Of a stretch of 20,000 nucleotides of DNA, positions 14,636-20,000 are shown one piece after another. The notes below the pieces were generated by a model. That model saw only the letters and a program-made list of their open reading frames with translations. It searched no databases and was not told the DNA's origin. The position numbers and the translations under genes were made by a program. Position 1 is the stretch's first letter, and every line of letters starts with the position of its first letter. Source of the stretch: an uncultured virus (IMG/VR IMGVR_UViG_3300013108_000147) (Duplodnaviria; Heunggongvirae; Uroviricota; Caudoviricetes; Crassvirales); IMG/VR virus record IMGVR_UViG_3300013108_000147, one strand, 5' to 3'.

Positions 14636-15939
14636 TAAAATCCTGATAATCAAGCAGTTAGAAATTAAAGTGTTGATAATCAGACAGTTAGCTAAGTAGC
14701 TGAGTATCAAGGACTTAAGCAAAATGCCTTCTCGGTTAAAGCGCTGAGTATCAGGTAGTTAGCTTGTTTGTAATCGCCGTTTTTCCCAAACTGAAAACCT
14801 AGAGTAAAAAAAATTCAAAAAAAATTAAAAAGGGCTTATAAGTAACTGATATTCAAGTAGTTACAAGCAAAAAAAATTTTAAAATTAGCTTTAAAGTTAA
14901 AAGGTTGATAATCAAGCAGTTATAAAATCGAGTTTGTAAGTAGCTGAGTATCAATAAGTTATAAATTTAAAAAATTACGTTTGTAAGTATCTGAGAATCA
15001 AGTAGTTAGAGTAAGTAGTTGATAATGAGGCAGTTACGTTAAAGTGTTGATACTCAAGTAGTTAGATTAAAACGTAGTTAAAAGTTAAAGCGCTGAAAAT
15101 CAGGTAGTTAAGTTTTGGCTAGGTAGCAGTTAAACTAAAGTACTGATACTCAAGGGTTTAGGTACAAAGAGTGTTTGTAAGTAGCTGAGGTTCAGGCAGT
15201 TACGATTCTGGCTCATAAGGTAGATTAAAGGTAAAACGTTGATAATGAGGCAGTTACGGCTAAGTAGCTGAGTATCAGGCGCTTACACCGGCACCGAGAA
15301 TTAAATAGTCGTAACTATCTGAAAGTCAGGCAATTAGGCGTAACTATCTGAGAATCAGGCGCTTACACTGGCACCGAGACTTAAATAGGCGTAACTATCT
15401 GAGTATCAGGCGCTTACACCGGCAAGCATATTTAAGTAGTTGTAACTATCTGAGAATCAGGTAATTAGACGTAACTAATTGATAATGAGGCAGTTAGATT
15501 AACTCTTAAAGTATATGGAATTCGCGCGCGCGTAAAGAGCGTAACTATCTGAGAATGAAGCAGTTAGACGTAACTAATTGATAATGAGGCAGTTACGGTA
15601 GAGTGGGTGAATTGAGTGGGTAAATAATTGATAATGAGGCAGTTACGGGTAAGTGTTTGATAGTCAAATGATTAGAGTATAAGTAGTTAATAGTAATATA
15701 TAAGCCTGAGTATCAAGCAGTTAGAATAAAAAACCTACAATACATAACTGTTAAGCGCCTGATTGTCAAGGTGTTAAGTTTGTTAAGCTAGTGTTTAACA
15801 GATTTTACAGATACATTAGACAAAAGATGTAACTATCTGAGTATCAGCGATTTAGACTAGTGTTTTAGGGCATTTCAATAAATAAGTTATTAAAAAAGTC
15901 AAAAAATTTGCTCGTAAAAGCCTGAAAATCAAGCCCGTA
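14636..15939. repeat. Array of ~28 quasi-palindromic 25-bp repeats TAA-N5-TGA-N3-T(C/G)A-N5-TTA (IHF-consensus-like)
   Basis: Copies counted by eye from 14636 to 15915; right half fits WATCARNNNNTTR in most copies. Confidence 0.9.
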
Positions 15940-16032
15940 CGCCTAAAAAAATCGGTTTTCCTTTTCAAAAAATTCCCGTTCCATTTATGTAATACCTTTG
16001 TACCTAGTCCGTCCTCAATAATTTCAAATTGG

Positions 16033-16064
16033 CTTGCATATGTGGAAAATATTTCGTATATTGC
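16033..16064 (+). promoter_or_regulatory. Rightward promoter CTTG-N20-TATATTGC
   Basis: Same geometry as 173-204 and 18108-18139; additional TACCTTTG -7 box at 15993-16000. Confidence 0.65.
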
Positions 16065-16103
16065 AAAGACAGGAAAGTTACAACTAATTAAAATTACCGT
16101 AAA

Positions 16104-16265
16104 ATGGGCGTTAAAACACCAAAAAATGAGAAAAATACAGAGGTTTCGGCATACCCGTGCTTTACTGAGGAAGCTATAACTATCACTACTTCCTTCAAAG
16201 TACCCGTACCCGTTACATACAGGGTTGCTACGCCTCGCAAAATAAATAAAAGTGACGACAACTAA
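16104..16265 (+). CDS. Possible small protein (53 aa, MGVKTPKNEK...)
   Basis: Manually translated; downstream of promoter. Confidence 0.35.
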   Translation: MGVKTPKNEKNTEVSAYPCFTEEAITITTSFKVPVPVTYRVATPRKINKSDDN

Positions 16266-16293
16266 GTTTCAAATAATTTAAAGCCAAATAAGG

Positions 16294-16641
16294 GTGAAAA
16301 CACAAAAAGAGACAGAGCAGAAAATAAATCACGGCCTAAGTAATGAATTATACACATTGTTGTGCGCCGTTGATTTTAAGCCGAAGTCAATGGCTTTTTA
16401 TAATAGTAGACAAAAACCTGATGGAAGTTGGGATAACTTTTTAGACCACGTTGACTGTATGCAAAAGTACGTTAAAAACCATATGGGCGGAAACTATGGA
16501 TTAGCTGACGAATATCTAATAGTAAAGCACGATGGGATATTTAATTTTCGATACTTTGGCGACTCTTCTGCTAAAATAGAAAAGATTGCAGAAGCAGATA
16601 AGGAAAGTGTTTTGCAGTATTGTGTACTAAAATCGTTGTAA
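16294..16641 (+). CDS. Hypothetical protein crossing an orphan attC-like half-site (NELYTLLCAV)
   Basis: ORF track (GTG start); 18-nt identity to the reverse complement of the attC-like arm at 4644-4661. Confidence 0.7.
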   Translation: MKTQKETEQKINHGLSNELYTLLCAVDFKPKSMAFYNSRQKPDGSWDNFLDHVDCMQKYVKNHMGGNYGLADEYLIVKHDGIFNFRYFGDSSAKIEKIAEADKESVLQYCVLKSL

Positions 16642-16665
16642 TTTAATTATAAAAACAAAGTAAAA

Positions 16666-16833
16666 ATGGAAGATTTAAAAGTATTAGCCACAGCGCTAAA
16701 TGACGCTACTAAAAAAGGGGCCTTCAATCTTGATGAAGCAGTAGCGATTTCTCAATCAATTAACAATTTAGTTAAGGCGTTGAAAAATTGTGAAAAATGC
16801 AAGCCTTGCGACTCAAATTGTGAAAAAGAATAG
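16666..16833 (+). CDS. Small protein with Cys-rich C-terminus (55 aa, MEDLKVLATALNDATKKGAFNLDEA...CEKCKPCDSNCEKE)
   Basis: Manually translated; A-rich leader. Confidence 0.7.
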   Translation: MEDLKVLATALNDATKKGAFNLDEAVAISQSINNLVKALKNCEKCKPCDSNCEKE

Positions 16834-16910
16834 CACTTTGTCGGATAAATTGACATGTTTTTAAATAAAACTATGGTTTTTCCGTAAAATTATTGTATTT
16901 GTTTTATGTT

Positions 16911-16918
16911 TATATTTG
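16911..16918 (+). promoter_or_regulatory. Bacteroidota -7 element TATATTTG
   Basis: Exact TAnnTTTG, followed by TACTGTTG as at the leftward promoter. Confidence 0.55.
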
Positions 16919-16966
16919 TACTGTTGTATTAAAATGATTATAATATAGCGTAAGCAATCGAAACTA

Positions 16967-16994
16967 GCCTACCTCTTTCGGGGTAGGTTTTTTT
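16967..16994 (+). terminator. Rho-independent terminator
   Basis: GCCTACCTC-TTTC-GGGGTAGGT followed by T-run. Confidence 0.85.
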
Positions 16995-17055
16995 ATGCTC
17001 CAATTTTTCTTATATTGTTACCCTAAAACGTTTTAATAATTAAAATCATAGTATT

Positions 17056-17385
17056 ATGGCAAAGAATGGGCCCGTTAAAAAGGGGAAAAAGAAGACCCAC
17101 GTAGTAAAGGGTAAAAAGAATACTACATTGGTCACGAGTAAGTCTGTAGCGGACGCTAAGAGTAAATCAGGAGTTTTTAAAAGTAGGCCTGCGTATAAAG
17201 GTAAGGAATCTAAATCAGGAGTCACAACTCACGACGGTACTTTTCATAAAGTGACTGGCCCTGTATCAAGAAGAGCTGCTAGAAAAGTCTTAGCTAAAGA
17301 CAAAGCTCTATACGGAGCAAGCTCTGCGGCTCATAGTGCAAGAACTAATAGGTTCGCGACTGCAAAAAGAAGAAAAAGTAAATAA
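17056..17385 (+). CDS. Highly basic Lys/Arg-rich (histone-like) protein
   Basis: 109 aa, K/R/A/S-rich, few acidic residues; followed by a terminator. Confidence 0.75.
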   Translation: MAKNGPVKKGKKKTHVVKGKKNTTLVTSKSVADAKSKSGVFKSRPAYKGKESKSGVTTHDGTFHKVTGPVSRRAARKVLAKDKALYGASSAAHSARTNRFATAKRRKSK

Positions 17386-17417
17386 TATAGAAAGGAGACT
17401 ACAAATATATCTTAGAA

Positions 17418-17445
17418 GAGGCCTACTTAATAGTAGGTCTTTTTT
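17418..17445 (+). terminator. Rho-independent terminator
   Basis: AGGCCTACT-TAAT-AGTAGGTCT followed by TTTTT. Confidence 0.85.
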
Positions 17446-17450
17446 ATTAC

Positions 17451-17485
17451 GCCCCCTCTAACAAAAGCCCCCTCTAACAAAAGCC
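17451..17485. repeat. 16-bp tandem duplication GCCCCCTCTAACAAAA x2
   Basis: Direct reading. Confidence 0.85.
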
Positions 17486-18107
17486 TACCTTAGAAAAAAG
17501 CCGCGCGCGCCGCTAATAAACTGATAGAAGCATACAATTCCCCTATAGGTACAAATAGAACTCTCCAAGTTAAGAGGTACTTATTTATATAAAGTTACAA
17601 TTAAATATAGGGGGGCATAGATATGTAGCTTTGAAAAAAGCAAAGAGTTTACCTGCTCCCCCGAGACTGAGTTTAAAGCTTACAGTTACAGTACGCTTTA
17701 TCATGCTCCGAAGCCGCAAGGCATCACTTGCACTCTCACTGGCGTTCGTTCACAAGTGAAACGGATTTAAAAATTTTGTTTTTTAGCGAGGAACTGTAAC
17801 TTTGTGGGTGCAGTACCTAGAGGGAGGCAGAACCTAAAAGGGTACTTATTAGTAGCTCTTAAAAAAGAAATACTATAATTTTCGCGTCCCTTAAAAAAAC
17901 ATTAGATTTAAAAATTGTGACGGCTAAGTCACTGATTAGCTAAAAACACTCGTAAGACCGTTATTCACACGGACGCATTATTAATCAATTGAAATCTAAA
18001 AAGAATGTGAGACGTGTCAAAGGAGATTTAAGTTGCCTGAACCAAGTGCCTTACGATTATGACACAAGTTTAGAAACTTTTTACGTAGATTTTCGACTAC
18101 TGATACT

Positions 18108-18139
18108 GCAATATACAAAAAATATTTCATATATCCAAA
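18108..18139 (-). promoter_or_regulatory. Leftward promoter TTTG-N20-TATATTGC pointing into an ORF-free region
   Basis: Minus strand TTTG-GATATATGAAATATTTTTTG-TATATTGC; second -7 box TATATTTG at 18182-18189. Confidence 0.7.
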
Positions 18140-18309
18140 TCGCAACAAAAAATACCTAATCGTCGCGGTATACTTGCACTACAAATATAAGGATTATTTT
18201 AACGCGGTATTTTTACGCCCAAAGCCTTATTGCAACTGAGTGTTAATAACTTTTCTTATGCTCGCATAGTACTAAAAAAAGCGTAAAGAAAAAAGTCTTA
18301 TATTGCACC

Positions 18310-18873
18310 ATGAAAAGATTTGCTTACGTTTTTTCAATAGTGTTTATTTTATTTGTTAATTTAAAGGGGAGCTCGGCCTATATATCCAAATCACCACTTT
18401 CACACAATGCTACTCCCCTTTATTTTTTAGACACTTACAACGCATCCCCTATAAAAGTTGACAAACTCTTAGTACCTTACTACATATCATTTGTAAATTA
18501 TATAGAAGATAACGGCATAAAGTCTGAGTATTTAGTTAGGAAGCTAGATGATATAGTGCTTTACCCTTTAGAAGATGGGTTATACGGTCTTTACTCACCT
18601 GAAAATAGACAAATAGTAATAAACTCAAAGTATTTATACAGCGCCACTATATTAAGGAAGGTAATGTTCCATGAATTAGGGCATGTATACGGACTGAATC
18701 ACTCAGAAAGCGGTATAATGCAAACTTATCAGACACCCTTAGATATATACGCATCTTACTTTACAGGAGAAGAGTACGACCCCTCCATATGGGAACTGCA
18801 CAAAGCTAAAATGGCTCAAGACATAAAAAAGTCTTTTGTTTACGTTATTAGCAGAGAAAATTTGCTAGATTAA
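18310..18873 (+). CDS. Secreted/membrane-anchored metzincin (matrixin M10-like) Zn metalloprotease
   Basis: N-terminal signal/TM; HELGHVYGLNH (HExxHxxGxxH) followed by Met-turn GIM. Confidence 0.85.
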   Translation: MKRFAYVFSIVFILFVNLKGSSAYISKSPLSHNATPLYFLDTYNASPIKVDKLLVPYYISFVNYIEDNGIKSEYLVRKLDDIVLYPLEDGLYGLYSPENRQIVINSKYLYSATILRKVMFHELGHVYGLNHSESGIMQTYQTPLDIYASYFTGEEYDPSIWELHKAKMAQDIKKSFVYVISRENLLD

Positions 18874-18892
18874 AAAATAATTTGTATATTAG
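18861..18892 (+). promoter_or_regulatory. Promoter TTTG-N20-TATATTAG immediately upstream of ATG 18897
   Basis: Same 20-nt spacing as the other copies. Confidence 0.55.
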
Positions 18893-18896
18893 AGGT

Positions 18897-19259
18897 ATGA
18901 AACAGACAATATCATACCTAGAGACAATAAAGTTACCTCACAACGGAGAACTTACCAAAACGCTTACTAAAATCGAAGGACTTATTCACTCAGAGGAAGA
19001 TTTATCCAAAGAGGGTATAGGAATCTCTAAAATCTACACCATAGAGAATGAAGACGGTATTTTCAGGCTTACTATTTATTCTGATGGCTACGGAACCTTA
19101 GCTAATGTTAAATCAGGCCCGGAGCAACAGAAAATGTGTTTAGCAGAAAGAATTTTGAAGCTCGACAAAGATATTTTCCAAATGAAGCTTAAAATTAGAG
19201 ACTTAATCTTCGAGAGAGATTTTTACAAAGAGGAAGCAATGAAAAAGCAGCCCAAGTAG
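18897..19259 (+). CDS. Hypothetical protein with C-terminal coiled coil
   Basis: ORF track; probable ATG at 18897. Confidence 0.7.
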   Translation: MKQTISYLETIKLPHNGELTKTLTKIEGLIHSEEDLSKEGIGISKIYTIENEDGIFRLTIYSDGYGTLANVKSGPEQQKMCLAERILKLDKDIFQMKLKIRDLIFERDFYKEEAMKKQPK

Positions 19260-19267
19260 GCTGCTTT
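19244..19267. terminator. Bidirectional terminator between convergent genes
   Basis: AAAGCAGCC-CAAGTA-GGCTGCTTT. Confidence 0.75.
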
Positions 19268-19291
19268 GTTGTAAAGTTACTAAATGAATTA

Positions 19292-20000
19292 TTATCTTTC
19301 CTTAACTGACCAAGTTGAATCTATTTCTAAAGTACAGTTATCGTTATCTAACAGGTTTGCTATCTGCCAAAATACAAAATCATTCTGATTTAATATAACA
19401 GAAGTTTGTCCTGACCAAATACCTACATCCCTACCTCCTTGAAAGTTGTTAACTGTTCTTACTTGAGAATAAACTGTAGTTGTAACAGCGTTAGCATCTG
19501 TCTTCATTAAGAATAGTTCGTAATTATCGTTATTCTTACCGTCTATCAATAAATCCCAATTAACTGTAAACTCTCTAGGGTTAATACCTATGTGTCTTAA
19601 CCTACCTGCAGAAGGGCTGTCGAAATGTTGTAAGTCTATAGTAGAAAAGGTTCCGTTTAAGTCCACTTGCACATTCTGAGCACTTATAACAGTCTGAACC
19701 TCAGCGTCGTTGTTTATAGCTCCTCCAACAAATGTATTAGCTATCCCTATATTGTTATCCCAATCACAAGGTAAATCAGCAGGGGTTAAGTTAGGGAATA
19801 TGTTACTGTCGTTTGCATCAAAAGCGCCATCCCTACTTAATATAGCCCCTTTAACCTGAATAGTTGAAGGATTTGGGAAGTTGGCCACTTCAAAATCACA
19901 AAGTGGCGCTAACGTAGGTAAATCACAGTTAATATCAGTTAAAAACCTTGAGTTCATTTGGAATGCTACACCTTCTTTAAATAGTGGAGCAGTCATTGTG
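19292..20000 (-). CDS. C-terminal part of a probable virion structural (tail/fibre-like, beta-rich) protein
   Basis: 234+ aa, N/D/T/G-rich beta-strand composition; start probably beyond window; function inferred only. Confidence 0.55.
   Translation of the reverse strand, partial: TMTAPLFKEGVAFQMNSRFLTDINCDLPTLAPLCDFEVANFPNPSTIQVKGAILSRDGAFDANDSNIFPNLTPADLPCDWDNNIGIANTFVGGAINNDAEVQTVISAQNVQVDLNGTFSTIDLQHFDSPSAGRLRHIGINPREFTVNWDLLIDGKNNDNYELFLMKTDANAVTTTVYSQVRTVNNFQGGRDVGIWSGQTSVILNQNDFVFWQIANLLDNDNCTLEIDSTWSVKER

Noticed and set aside
14644..15645. Fur boxes (GATAAT-containing repeats)
   Set aside because: GATAAT occurs only in some copies; the conserved positions are TAA/TGA/TCA/TTA, not the 19-bp Fur consensus
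14636..15939. CRISPR array
   Set aside because: Repeats are degenerate, gaps range from 2 to ~77 bp and are partly repeated themselves; no cas genes in the window
1..20000. Alternative genetic code (stop-codon reassignment)
   Set aside because: Long genes are intact in code 11, TAA, TAG and TGA all end genes at sensible boundaries, and no suppressor tRNA is seen

Overview
AT-rich segment of a tailed-phage genome, very likely infecting a Bacteroidota/Flavobacteriia host (TTTG-N20-TATATTGC and TAnnTTTG promoters, AT-rich non-SD translation starts, lipobox proteins). Bases 1-13.9 kb are one leftward early/accessory region: T4-type DenV, a 3D-domain protein, PspC, a glutamyl-tRNA synthetase lacking its anticodon-binding domains, an M20/M28 peptidase, an 867-aa unknown, a Rho-N protein and many small ORFs. 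Transcription diverges at 14.6-16 kb. Five non-coding patterns stand out. (1) 4.2-7.0 kb is an array of integron attC-like cassettes; each unit is bounded by its own GTT.../...AAC inverted repeats and several ORFs start inside the attC-like hairpins. (2) Two 80-nt tRNA-Glu-scaffold RNAs have their anticodon arms replaced by unrelated 25-nt arms, a possible partner set for the anticodon-blind GluRS. (3) A ~700-nt ORF-poor, hairpin-rich leader is a candidate large ncRNA. (4) About 28 copies of a 25-bp quasi-palindrome match the IHF consensus. (5) A strand-polarised decamer (TGATAGTGAA / TTCACTATCA) recurs through the leftward region. All calls are by eye; no searches were run.
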